Source of the DNA: Wigglesworthia glossinidia
Lineage (GTDB): Bacteria > Pseudomonadota > Gammaproteobacteria > Enterobacterales > Enterobacteriaceae
DNA length: 64,000 nt
Direction of reading: 5' to 3'
NCBI GenBank assembly: GCA_030827005.1
Contig: JAVBJL010000004.1
Coordinates: forward strand, 7,559-71,558
Part shown: positions 32,530 to 42,848 of the stretch, in pieces
How positions within the stretch are numbered: position 1 is the stretch's first letter
Layout: each line of letters opens with the position of its first letter
Program-made: the position numbers and the translations under genes
The notes under the pieces: generated by a model
Told to the model about the DNA's origin: nothing
The model's database searches: none
The model's input: the letters and a program-made list of their open reading frames with translations, nothing else

Positions 32530-32661
32530 TAAAAATTATTGATTTAATGATTTTTAATGTATATTTTAACAATAAATATAACTAAATGACTAAATTTAAT
32601 AATTTTTTTAATGGTATAATACAAAAATTAATATTTTTTAGTAAAATACCACATCATAATA

Positions 32662-33630
32662 ATGAATAACAAAAATATAAAAAAAAAATCTAATTTTTTA
32701 AAAACATTTAACTCTAAAATATTCTCTAATATCAAATTAAGTCTAATTAATAGTCAAAAATATTTCGGAAAAAAATTATCTAATCTTTTTCAATTGAAAA
32801 AGATAGACGAAAAATTATTCAATGAGATCGAGGCGCATTTACTAAGTGCTGATTTAGGAATATATACTACAAAAAAAATTATTAATAGTCTAATATTTTT
32901 AAATAAAAAAAAAAATATTACATGTTCAAATGATTTATACATATTACTTAAAAAAGAAATCCTAAACATTTTATTAAAAGTACAAATACCACTAACTTTT
33001 CAACAACAAATGCCTTTTATTATTTTAATGGTAGGCGTTAATGGAGTAGGAAAAACAACTACCATTATAAAAATGGCATACAAGTATAAGTTGGAAGGTA
33101 AAAAAGTTATAATAGCAGCTGGAGATACATTTCGTGCTGGAGCGATTGAACAAATTAAAACATTAGGAGAAATATATAATATTCCAGTAATTTTCGATTA
33201 TTACAAATCTGATGCAGCATCAGTAGTTTTCAAAGCCATAAATTATGCAAAAAAAAATGATTTTCAAATTTTAATTATAGATACCGCGGGTAGATTACAT
33301 AATAAAATAAATTTAATGGAAGAACTCAAAAAAATAGTAAAAGTTATTAAAAAGCTCGATTCTACAGCACCACACGAAATCATGATCGCTATTGATGCAC
33401 ATACCGGTCAAAACACAATTAATCAAGTAAATGTTTTTAATAATTCTATCAACATTAGCGGCATTACATTAACTAAATTAGATGGAACTGCAAAAGGAGG
33501 TACTATTATTGCATTAGCAGATAAATTTTATATTCCTATTCGTTATATTGGATCAGGAAAAAATATTCAAGATTTATATCAATTTCAATCTTCTATGTTT
33601 CTAGAAGCACTATTTTCTAAAAAAAAATGA
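32662..33630 (+). CDS. ftsY: SRP receptor FtsY (NG domain only)
   Basis: GVNGVGKTTT; DTFRAGA; DTAGR; TKLDGTAKGG. Confidence 0.98.
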   Translation: MNNKNIKKKSNFLKTFNSKIFSNIKLSLINSQKYFGKKLSNLFQLKKIDEKLFNEIEAHLLSADLGIYTTKKIINSLIFLNKKKNITCSNDLYILLKKEILNILLKVQIPLTFQQQMPFIILMVGVNGVGKTTTIIKMAYKYKLEGKKVIIAAGDTFRAGAIEQIKTLGEIYNIPVIFDYYKSDAASVVFKAINYAKKNDFQILIIDTAGRLHNKINLMEELKKIVKVIKKLDSTAPHEIMIAIDAHTGQNTINQVNVFNNSINISGITLTKLDGTAKGGTIIALADKFYIPIRYIGSGKNIQDLYQFQSSMFLEALFSKKK

Positions 33631-33824
33631 AACGTTATTTATGACTTAAATTTTATTAAATTAATAATTTAGCTATCAAATGTTCAATATTTCATTACAA
33701 ATGAATATTTTAATTTATTTAAAAAGCTATTAAATTTATAATAATTATTAATTTTATTGATTTTTCTAAAAAAATTGATTTATATTAAATTTATTAATAT
33801 ATATAATTATATTTGAGGAAATTC

Positions 33825-34670
33825 ATGAAAAATATAAACACTTTAACATGTGTAACGCAAATTAGTTTAGAATCCTATATTAAAACCGCTAATTCTTATT
33901 CAATGTTAAGTGCAGACGAAGAAAAATTTTTAACTAGACAACTTCACTACCACGGAGATTTAATAGCAGCAAAAAAACTAATATTATCTCATTTACGTTT
34001 TGTGATCCATATTGCGCGAAATTATTCTGGATACGGATTACCTCAAGCTGATTTAATTCAAGAAGGTAACGTAGGATTAATGAAAGCAGTACGTAGATTT
34101 GATCCGGAAATTGGTGTAAGATTAGTATCATTTGCAGTTCATTGGATCAAAGCCGAAATTCATGAGTATGTTTTAAGAAATTGGAGAATTGTCAAAGTTG
34201 CTACTACCAAAGCACAAAGAAAACTATTTTTTAATTTACGTAAAGCTAAAAAAAAACTTGGATGGTTTAATCAATACGAAGTAGATATGCTCGCTAAAAC
34301 TCTTGGTGTAACAAGCAAAGACGTAAGAGAAATGGAATCAAGAATGTCTGCTCAAGACATGAGATTCGATTTTCATTTGGAAGAAGAAAAACATAAAAAC
34401 TGTTCTACGCGTCATTTAAAAGATAAAACTTCAAACTTTGCCAATCTTATCGCAGAAGATAATTGGGATCTTCATGCTACAGATAAATTATGTTCTGCAC
34501 TATCTCAATTAGATACTAGAAGTCAAGAGATTATTCGTGCTCGTTGGTTGCAAGATGATAGTAGAAGTACTTTACAGGTTTTAGCGAAAAAATACGGTAT
34601 TTCAGCAGAAAGAGTACGTCAACTTGAAAAGAACGCTATGAAAAAAATTCGTTTTTCTGTGGAATCCTAA
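33825..34670 (+). CDS. rpoH: RNA polymerase sigma32 (start refined to ATG 33825)
   Basis: [14 protein letters not shown]; RpoH box QRKLFFNLR; AERVRQLE; GAGG upstream. Confidence 0.98.
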   Translation: MKNINTLTCVTQISLESYIKTANSYSMLSADEEKFLTRQLHYHGDLIAAKKLILSHLRFVIHIARNYSGYGLPQADLIQEGNVGLMKAVRRFDPEIGVRLVSFAVHWIKAEIHEYVLRNWRIVKVATTKAQRKLFFNLRKAKKKLGWFNQYEVDMLAKTLGVTSKDVREMESRMSAQDMRFDFHLEEEKHKNCSTRHLKDKTSNFANLIAEDNWDLHATDKLCSALSQLDTRSQEIIRARWLQDDSRSTLQVLAKKYGISAERVRQLEKNAMKKIRFSVES

Positions 34671-34698
34671 AAAATTTCTCTATGCTAGCAGCATTATT

Positions 34699-36006
34699 TT
34701 AGTACTGTTTAAAAATATTATTTTTAAACACTCTTTCGGCTGCAAAAATTGTTTTATCCAGATCTTTCTGTTTATGAGTTAACGAAACAAAATTGGATTC
34801 AAAACAAGAAGGAGACATCATTATTCCAAAATTTCTCATTTCTTGATAAAAAAAATTAAATTTTTTTTTACTACATAGTAAAACATCTTCGTATGAAATA
34901 ATTTGCTTATCTTGTGTAAAAAATATACTAAACATACTTTCGGAATAATTTATCAATAAAGGTACGTTGTTAATTTTTGCGGCGTTATTTAATCCATTTA
35001 TTAAATATTTTGTTTTTTTATTTAATATTTTATATACATCTAAAGATTTTAAAATTTTTAAACAAGTATACCCTGCAATCATTGATACTGGATTTCCAGA
35101 AAATGTCCCCGCCTGATATACTCCTCCTGTCGGAGATAAATGTTGCATGATTTTTTTTTTCCCACCAAAAGCTCCAATAGGTAATCCTCCTCCTATAATT
35201 TTTCCAAGACAGGTTAGATCTGGGTAAATTTTATAATAAGATTGCGCACCTCCTAAAGATATGCGGAATCCAGTAATAACTTCGTCCATGATTAATAGTG
35301 AGTTGAATTTATCACATAATGTACGTAATTTTCTTAAAAATTTAGTTTGTGATGGTATGCATCCCATATTTCCTGCAATAGGCTCAACGATTACACATGC
35401 AATTTCATTTGAAAATAATTTAAATACTGTTTCGATGCTATCGCAGTCATTGTAAGGACATGATAAAGTTTCTGATAACAAGTGATGTGGAATTCCATGT
35501 GAGATTGGCTTGCTTGAAAATTTATTTTTTATATTTTTATTTGATCCAATTGCTAATAAGTAGTCTGAATGTCCATGATAACATCCGTCAAATTTTATTA
35601 TTTTATTTTTTTTTGTATATGCTCTTGCTAGCCGTATTGCACTCATTGTAGCTTCTGTTCCTGAGTTTACCATACGTATCATTTCAATAGAAGGTACGCA
35701 TTTTGATATTAATTGAGCTATTTTTATTTCTATTTCAGTTAATAATCCAAAATGTAATCCTTCGTTAATATATTTTTTTATTTGAGATTTAATTCGAATA
35801 TTATTATGTCCTAAAATGATTGCACCCCAAGTACAAATATAATCTATATGACGATTATTATTAATATCAAATAGGTATGGTCCATTTGCTTTTTTTATAA
35901 TTGCAGGTTGCATATGAACTAAATTAAAAGAACGTATTGGAGAGTTTACACCACCAGGCATAATTTTTTTTGCTATACTGTATAAGTTATTTGATTTTAA
36001 ATCCAT
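34699..36006 (-). CDS. hemL: Glutamate-1-semialdehyde 2,1-aminomutase
   Basis: MPGGVNSPIR; NSGTEATMSAIRLAR; GCYHGH; GKIIGGGLPIGA. Confidence 0.98.
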   Translation of the reverse strand: MDLKSNNLYSIAKKIMPGGVNSPIRSFNLVHMQPAIIKKANGPYLFDINNNRHIDYICTWGAIILGHNNIRIKSQIKKYINEGLHFGLLTEIEIKIAQLISKCVPSIEMIRMVNSGTEATMSAIRLARAYTKKNKIIKFDGCYHGHSDYLLAIGSNKNIKNKFSSKPISHGIPHHLLSETLSCPYNDCDSIETVFKLFSNEIACVIVEPIAGNMGCIPSQTKFLRKLRTLCDKFNSLLIMDEVITGFRISLGGAQSYYKIYPDLTCLGKIIGGGLPIGAFGGKKKIMQHLSPTGGVYQAGTFSGNPVSMIAGYTCLKILKSLDVYKILNKKTKYLINGLNNAAKINNVPLLINYSESMFSIFFTQDKQIISYEDVLLCSKKKFNFFYQEMRNFGIMMSPSCFESNFVSLTHKQKDLDKTIFAAERVFKNNIFKQY

Positions 36007-36167
36007 AAAATATAATGTACTATTAGTTTTTATTGTATTAAAGTAATATGGTGCGTAATAATAAAAAGTTAATTAAGACAATATATAATTTTTTTTTGTT
36101 AAATACAATGTTGAAATCAAATCTATTATTTCATGAATAAATAAAATACATTAATAGACTATATTAT

Positions 36168-36506
36168 ATGAATATTAAAAATTTATTAAATTTAAAACTA
36201 ACAAATGCAGCTGTAAGAAAAGTTAAAAATCTTTTAAAATATCAAAAAAATAAAAAATTTAGAGTATATATTTCTGGAGGAGGATGTAATGGGTTTCAAT
36301 ATAATTTCATGCTTGATGATAAAATTAATCAAGAAGATTTTATAGTTTCATTGTCCGAATTTGATATAATAGTCGATTCTATAAGTTTTCAATATATTAA
36401 TGGTGGTATTATAGATTACAAAACAGAACTTCTGGAATCATGCTTTTTTGTCGTTAATCCAAATGCTAAAACTACTTGTAGCTGCGGAGTTTCATTTGGA
36501 ATATGA
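36168..36506 (+). CDS. erpA: A-type Fe-S carrier ErpA
   Basis: GGGCNGFQY; NPNAKTTCSCGVSF; divergent from hemL. Confidence 0.95.
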   Translation: MNIKNLLNLKLTNAAVRKVKNLLKYQKNKKFRVYISGGGCNGFQYNFMLDDKINQEDFIVSLSEFDIIVDSISFQYINGGIIDYKTELLESCFFVVNPNAKTTCSCGVSFGI

Positions 36507-36677
36507 ATAATGCAAATAATGCATAATTTTTTAAATAAAATTCTGGAATTTATAACGGGTTTAATTTCAAAAATTTTTATATTAATCACTTCTAACACAT
36601 ATTTAAATTTATCATTTTATTTTAATTGTCGTAAAGTCATTAATATAAAAAATAATATACGCTAATGCATAGTAAAA

Positions 36678-37766
36678 TTAATTATAATAAGCTTTTTCTA
36701 AATGATATACTTTAAATAAGTATCTACGTGATTCTAATGAAGAATGATGAGCACATATATATTGGTACACATCATCAGGATGTAAATGATTGATAATCTG
36801 AAACGCTTTCATTTGATCACGAGAAAATACCGATAACATAGCTGTTACGCCACCGTGATAAGATGCAATAGTAGCATATTTTTTAGATATAGGATTATTA
36901 ATAGAACTTAAATAATTATCACGTAATAAAGATAAATAGGCAGTCCCTATATCTATATTTTTTTCTGGATTTAATAGCATATTTTTGGTTGGTCGACCAA
37001 CTTTACCCTGCATTTTAAACACATCTCTACCTGCTGTATTTTGTACGATTTGCATTAAACCTAGTGCTTTAGAATTACTTATAGCTCTGGGGTTAAAATT
37101 TGACTCAGCTTCTATAATTGCTAAAATTAAAGATTTATCAATATTATATTTTTTTGCAGATTTATAAATAAAATTTAAATATTTATGTGCCCTTTTGTTT
37201 GAACGATCAAATTTTAAAGGTATTTTAATAGACCAAACTTGGTTTATGTTAATAAAATATGTTTTTAATTTTGTTTTTAATAAATAATCTGCAAACTTAT
37301 TTGCGCGCCATTGATGGCGTACAGGAATACCGTGATGATCTACCACTTGACCATATAATAATGGTTCTTTTCTAGAAAAATTAGAATATTGATTATTTAA
37401 ATCAAAATCCGAAAAATCATTATTCATCAATAAAGCAATTACGATTGCTTTATGTAAATAAGCTATTGGATTTCGATGCATAGTTGTCTCGATAATGATA
37501 TTTTTAAAAATAAAATCTATATGAATTAATGTAATATTATTATACGTAATTTTGGAAAGATTTTTCGAATCAATAATTAAAATTTTGTTATTCTTCCATA
37601 TATTGTCTGAATTTTGAGATATATTTTGTACAATAATATTTAAACTGTTACTATATTTTAATTGATGTTGATCAAGTTTATTTTGACTATTAGAACAGGA
37701 CGTTTGTAAAAAAATTATAATTAACAGAAACGATATATTTTTCATAAAAATTTGAATCAAGTTCAA
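36678..37766 (-). CDS. mltC: Membrane-bound lytic transglycosylase C
   Basis: Lipobox LQTSC; catalytic ESNFNP; ALGLMQIV; synteny with yggX-mutY. Confidence 0.95.
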   Translation of the reverse strand: MNLIQIFMKNISFLLIIIFLQTSCSNSQNKLDQHQLKYSNSLNIIVQNISQNSDNIWKNNKILIIDSKNLSKITYNNITLIHIDFIFKNIIIETTMHRNPIAYLHKAIVIALLMNNDFSDFDLNNQYSNFSRKEPLLYGQVVDHHGIPVRHQWRANKFADYLLKTKLKTYFININQVWSIKIPLKFDRSNKRAHKYLNFIYKSAKKYNIDKSLILAIIEAESNFNPRAISNSKALGLMQIVQNTAGRDVFKMQGKVGRPTKNMLLNPEKNIDIGTAYLSLLRDNYLSSINNPISKKYATIASYHGGVTAMLSVFSRDQMKAFQIINHLHPDDVYQYICAHHSSLESRRYLFKVYHLEKAYYN

Positions 37767-37818
37767 TTTAATTCACAAAATATATGTGGAATTTCAATTT
37801 ATTTGATCTAATATAGTT

Positions 37819-38064
37819 TTAGTTTTGATTTTTTTTAAATAAAAAATCAATCATATGATTTTCTATCAGTTTTCGATCATATATATTCAACATATTAAGC
37901 TTTTGTTCGTTAATTAACATAGTTTGATGATTTTGCCAGATTTTCCACGCTTTTTCGGAAATGTTATTGTAAATTCGTTCTCCTAATATTCCTGGATAAG
38001 GAGGATATTTTAATTTTTCGCTAATTTTATTTAAAAATATACAAAAAACATCATTTTTTTTCAT
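37819..38064 (-). CDS. yggX: Fe(II)-trafficking protein YggX
   Basis: VFC; YPGILGERIYNNIS.KAW..W..HQTMLINE. Confidence 0.96.
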   Translation of the reverse strand: MKKNDVFCIFLNKISEKLKYPPYPGILGERIYNNISEKAWKIWQNHQTMLINEQKLNMLNIYDRKLIENHMIDFLFKKNQN

Positions 38065-38114
38065 AAATTATCCTAAAATTAAAAAATTATTGTTTTGAAT
38101 TTAAATCTTTATAA

Positions 38115-39152
38115 TTAATTTAATTTTTTTAGTATTTTTTTTACAAGTGTTGGTATGCCAATTTTAGGTGGATTTTTAAATCTATACCAGACAAAATTTT
38201 TTTTAGAAAATTTAATCGGAGTATTGTATTTTATAATAATTTTTATTGGAATTATATATAAGTGTAGATGACTAAATTTATGTTGTATATTCTGCATTTC
38301 TTCTATGGAATCTACTTGAATTTTATTAATATTTAACCAAATAAGCAATAACTCTCGGCAACTAAAGTATGGAAAGCAAAATAAATTTTTCCATATTTTA
38401 GATGATTTTTGATTTTTTAATAAAATTGCTTTGTTTCTCTGTCTGATTAATATAAGATTCCATATAACTACTTTAGAAATTTTATACTGCTTTATGTTTT
38501 TTAATGGAGTAAAAGATTGATTTATGTACGTTTTACAATTCGTTTTTATTGGGCATAAAAAACATTTTGGATGATATCTAGTGCAAATTTGTGAACCAAT
38601 ATCCATAATTCCTTGATTAAAATTACCACAATTTTTTTTTGGCATGATCTTATTGAGATATTTCCAAAAATATTTTTCTTTTTTTAATGAATATTGAATA
38701 GACAAGTATCGGCTGAATAATCTTTTAACATTTCCGTCTAATATTGGATATCTTTTATCATGTACTAACGAAAGTATTGCACCTGCAGTAGTCTTTCCAA
38801 TACCTGGAAGTGTTAACAACGAATGAAAATTTTCTGGAAATTTACCATTATATTTTTGTATAATTATTTTGCTAGTTTTATAAACATTATGTGCTCTTAT
38901 GTAGTATCCTAAACCAGACCATAAATGTAAAATTTGATTTAAAGAAGCACGAGATAATGCGTAAATATTTGGATATTTTTGAATAAATTTATTAAAATAA
39001 ATTTTTACGATTTCTACTTGTGTTTGTTGTAACATAATTTCTGACAACCAAACTCTGTACATTGTTTTATGCGTTTGCCATGGTAAATTTTTTCTTCCAA
39101 ATAATTGATACCACGATAATATTTTATAAGAAATATTTGCAATATTATTCAT
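38115..39152 (-). CDS. mutY: A/G-specific adenine glycosylase
   Basis: SEIMLQQTQV; WSGLGYY; LPGIGKTTAGA; Fe-S motif CTRYHPKCFLCPIKTNC. Confidence 0.98.
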   Translation of the reverse strand: MNNIANISYKILSWYQLFGRKNLPWQTHKTMYRVWLSEIMLQQTQVEIVKIYFNKFIQKYPNIYALSRASLNQILHLWSGLGYYIRAHNVYKTSKIIIQKYNGKFPENFHSLLTLPGIGKTTAGAILSLVHDKRYPILDGNVKRLFSRYLSIQYSLKKEKYFWKYLNKIMPKKNCGNFNQGIMDIGSQICTRYHPKCFLCPIKTNCKTYINQSFTPLKNIKQYKISKVVIWNLILIRQRNKAILLKNQKSSKIWKNLFCFPYFSCRELLLIWLNINKIQVDSIEEMQNIQHKFSHLHLYIIPIKIIIKYNTPIKFSKKNFVWYRFKNPPKIGIPTLVKKILKKLN

Positions 39153-39239
39153 AATGTAAATATAAATTTAAATAATAAAGATTATAAGAAATTTTACTAA
39201 AAATAAATAAATTTTATATAAATAAAAATTTATCATTAT

Positions 39240-39911
39240 ATGCAAAAAAAAAATCATATTCGTAGCTTTGTTGTACGTCAAAGGCAATTAAAAAAAAATA
39301 AATTATTGTTTGAAAATAATGATTATAAAAAATATATAGTACACTACAAAAAAGAATTTATAAATTTTCAATTTCTTTTTAAAAGACAATCTTCAATTAT
39401 AATAGAAATTGGTTTTGGATCCGGTATATCGCTAATTCAATCTGCAAAAAATAACTTCAAGAAAAATTTTTTTGGAATCGAGGTGTATTTATCAGGAATT
39501 ATATCTTGTTTAAAATCTATCAAAATAAAAAAGGTGACAAATTTAAAAATTATATATTATGATGCAGTAGAAGTATTAAAAAATATGATTTATGATAATA
39601 CTATATCGCAGATACAACTATTATTTCCAGATCCTTGGAATAAATCACGTCATCATAAAAGAAGAATATTTCAAAAAGAATTTATTAAAATTTTATATCG
39701 TAAACTCATTCAAAAAGGCGTTGTTTTAGTGATTACAGATTCGGAATCTTATTTAGATTATATTTTATATCTAATAAATTCTACTAAGTATTTTAAAATT
39801 TCAAGCGACTTTTCTTCGCTTTTTTGTAAGCACGAGTTTCCTACAAAATTTGAAACTCTTTGTATAAACAAAAAAAGAATTTTTTTTACTTTAATTTTTA
39901 AAAAAATCTGA
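39240..39911 (+). CDS. trmB: tRNA m7G46 methyltransferase
   Basis: IRSFVVRQ; EIGFGSG; FPDPWNKSRHHKRRI; TD.ESY; TKFE. Confidence 0.97.
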   Translation: MQKKNHIRSFVVRQRQLKKNKLLFENNDYKKYIVHYKKEFINFQFLFKRQSSIIIEIGFGSGISLIQSAKNNFKKNFFGIEVYLSGIISCLKSIKIKKVTNLKIIYYDAVEVLKNMIYDNTISQIQLLFPDPWNKSRHHKRRIFQKEFIKILYRKLIQKGVVLVITDSESYLDYILYLINSTKYFKISSDFSSLFCKHEFPTKFETLCINKKRIFFTLIFKKI

Positions 39912-40108
39912 TTTATTTTAAGTTATCATTATAAATAGTAGATTAAAATATTTTATAATTCTAAAATTCATTTTATTTTATATAAAAAATTGTATGTCAA
40001 TTACATAAAAAAATTAAATTTTTTATATTTTTCGTATTAGCAGGAAACTTGAGTAATAGAAACATTAAGTATTATTAAAATAATTTTTTGACTTTAAATT
40101 GATTTATA

Positions 40109-40705
40109 TTAATTTTTAATTAATTTATTAATCATTTTTTTTATCGCTTTACCTCTATGTGATATTTTTATTTTTTCTTTTAATGTTAATTCTGAGAGCA
40201 TTTTTTTTTGTTTTGGAAGAAAAAAAATCGAATCATATCCAAATCCATACGTACTTTTTGATATAAAAGTTGAAATTAATCCATCTAAAGAACTTTCTAT
40301 AATAATAGGTGTTGGATCATTAAAAAATCTTACATATGCTAAAACACAGTATAATTTCGCATGACGTTCAGATGTATTATATTTGGACATTTTTTGTAAA
40401 ACTTTTTCAATATTATTACGATCTGTAGATAACTCGCCACAAAACCGTGAAGAATACACTCCGGGTTTGCCATTTAATGCTTTTATAATTAGTCCAGAAT
40501 CGTCAGCTAAGGCTGGAAAACCTAATTTAGAAGCATTACGTGCTTTTATTAAAGCATTTTCTATGAAAGTCGGTGCAGATTCAAAAACATTATTGATTTT
40601 AAAATTTTTTTGAGAAACGGTATTAATTTGAGCTTTATATAATGCTTCTTTAAGTTCATTAATTTTATTTTGATTTGTTGTTGCTAAAATAATTTTTTTC
40701 ATCAT
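40109..40705 (-). CDS. rdgB: dITP/XTP pyrophosphatase
   Basis: ATTNQNK; ENALIKA; ADDSGL; FGYD; SHRGKA. Confidence 0.97.
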   Translation of the reverse strand: MMKKIILATTNQNKINELKEALYKAQINTVSQKNFKINNVFESAPTFIENALIKARNASKLGFPALADDSGLIIKALNGKPGVYSSRFCGELSTDRNNIEKVLQKMSKYNTSERHAKLYCVLAYVRFFNDPTPIIIESSLDGLISTFISKSTYGFGYDSIFFLPKQKKMLSELTLKEKIKISHRGKAIKKMINKLIKN

Positions 40706-40868
40706 TATAAAAATAGTACGTATAATATAAAATTTAGTTTTTATTAAATATTTAAAAAATTGATATTTTTTAAAAAAAATAAATAACGATATTTAACCTG
40801 CTAAAAAAAATAGTTGATTGGTATTTTATTTTTTAATACAAAGCATTCATTTTATAATAAAGATAATT

Positions 40869-41687
40869 TTAATTTAAATTACATTCGATTTCTTTTGATT
40901 TATTAGCTGCAGAACGCATTGCTTTTTCTATAATTTTTTTAAAATTATATTTTTCAAATAAATTTAACGCTGCTTCGGTGGTACCTCCTTTAGAAATCAC
41001 ATGTTGTTTTAGCACTTCGAAAGATTTATCTTGAAAATGTTCAGCTAAAATAGAAGATCCTTTTGCTGTTTGCACGATCAACTCTTTGATGTATTCTTTG
41101 TTCAATCCCATATTTTCTGCAGCATGTTGCATAGATTCCATCATAAGAAAAAAATATGCTGGTGCACTAGAAGCAACTGCAATAATACCATTCAATTCGT
41201 TTTCGTGAGATAGCCAAAATGTTTTACCAATTTTATTGAATAATGTTGTTATAAATTTTTTTTGGTTTGTATGTATTTTTTTTGCATATAATCCAATAAC
41301 TCCCTGGTTAACTAATACTGGTGTATTCGGCATAGCACGTACTATAGTAGTATTTTTTTCTCCAATATATTTATTTATTTTTTCAATATTAATTCCTGCC
41401 GCTACAGAAATAATTATTTTATTTGATAAATTTTCTATGTGCTTAATTTCTGAACATACTGTAGGTATTATATTAGGTTTAACCGCTAAAATAATTACAT
41501 CTCCTATATGCATTCCGTGTATATTATTTTTAAAATTTTTTAAAGAATATTGATTTGCAATTGTAGTGCGACTTTTTTCATCAGGAGAACAAATACAAAT
41601 ATTTTCTTTTAAGTATTGTGACGAAATTAATCCTAATATCATAGATTCTGCGATTTTTCCAGATCCAATAAATGTTAGTTTTTTCAT
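40869..41687 (-). CDS. proC: Pyrroline-5-carboxylate reductase
   Basis: FIGSGKIA; LAVKP; VRAMPNTP; SKGGTTEAA. Confidence 0.97.
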   Translation of the reverse strand: MKKLTFIGSGKIAESMILGLISSQYLKENICICSPDEKSRTTIANQYSLKNFKNNIHGMHIGDVIILAVKPNIIPTVCSEIKHIENLSNKIIISVAAGINIEKINKYIGEKNTTIVRAMPNTPVLVNQGVIGLYAKKIHTNQKKFITTLFNKIGKTFWLSHENELNGIIAVASSAPAYFFLMMESMQHAAENMGLNKEYIKELIVQTAKGSSILAEHFQDKSFEVLKQHVISKGGTTEAALNLFEKYNFKKIIEKAMRSAANKSKEIECNLN

Positions 41688-41697
41688 TTTTTTACCT

Positions 41698-42405
41698 TTA
41701 AATTTGTTGTTTTTTTAAATTAAAAATCCCATTTCCTATTCGTAATAGTGTACTTCCTTCTGCAATTGCTGAGATCATATCATTTGTCATTCCTATAGAT
41801 AAAATATCTATATTGGAATAACTATGTTTTAAATTAACAAATATTTTATATAAATCACGAAAGGCTTCACGTTGTTTAATTAAATCGTTTGTTTTTAATG
41901 GAATTGCCATAATTCCTCTAAGTTTTAAATATCTGCAATTATCATTAATAAAGTCGGAAATTTTTTTTATTTCTTTTGGATGAGCGCCATGTTTATTACG
42001 TTCTTGATGAATATTAATTTGAATTAAAACCTGCAAAGGATTTTGCATACTTTCTCGATATTTGTTAAGTTTTTTAGCAATTTTTATACTATCAATAGTA
42101 TGACACCAATCAAAATATTTTGATACAAGCATAATTTTATTAGACTGTATTGATCCAATCATATGCCAAAAAATTTTTTTATTTGGTTGATTATTTTGAA
42201 ACCAAATAATTTTTTTAATTGCTTCTTGTATATAGCTTTCTCCAAAATGATTTTGATTACAGTTATAAATTGCACTGATTTTTTGAACAGAGCATGATTT
42301 GCTTACTGCTAATAAATTGATATTTCTTGGATCTTTATGATAAGATTTAGCTGTTTTATCAATTAATTTTTTTATTTTTTGAAAATTATCTTGAATTCGA
42401 TTCAT
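41698..42405 (-). CDS. yggS: PLP homeostasis protein YggS
   Basis: LLAVSK; FGESYIQE; WHMIGSIQSNK; LSIGMTND; GSTLLRIG. Confidence 0.97.
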   Translation of the reverse strand: MNRIQDNFQKIKKLIDKTAKSYHKDPRNINLLAVSKSCSVQKISAIYNCNQNHFGESYIQEAIKKIIWFQNNQPNKKIFWHMIGSIQSNKIMLVSKYFDWCHTIDSIKIAKKLNKYRESMQNPLQVLIQINIHQERNKHGAHPKEIKKISDFINDNCRYLKLRGIMAIPLKTNDLIKQREAFRDLYKIFVNLKHSYSNIDILSIGMTNDMISAIAEGSTLLRIGNGIFNLKKQQI

Positions 42406-42848
42406 TCTTACAACTCGTGAGAGTTTAATTATTTATTTATAGATATTACTAATAACTTTTTATCATTTTATTTTTTATTAGAATTTTTTGATATTTTATA
42501 TTCATATTATATAACATATTTAGTTATTTTAAATTTAAAATATATCAATTTTAAATGTTTTATTGAATAAATTCATTTATTTTTATAAATAAAAAATATT
42601 TTATGTTGATTATATTTATAGATTTTTCAAATATATATAACTGCAAAATGTAATTATGATAATAACTCTTATATTATACAGATGAAAGATTTAATTTTTT
42701 TAATAATTTAAAGGAATAAAAATTAATTTTATTTATTCAGAATAATTTAATTATTATATATTAAATACTACTTATATTAACTAAAATTAAAATCATATTT
42801 TATTTCTAATCATTGTAATTTTCATTATAACTTAATTGGAGAAATTAA

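Noticed and set aside
42406-42848. 443-bp spacer upstream of thrS (possible operator or sRNA)
   Set aside because: No GC-containing stem or anticodon-like hairpin is visible; it looks like decayed DNA
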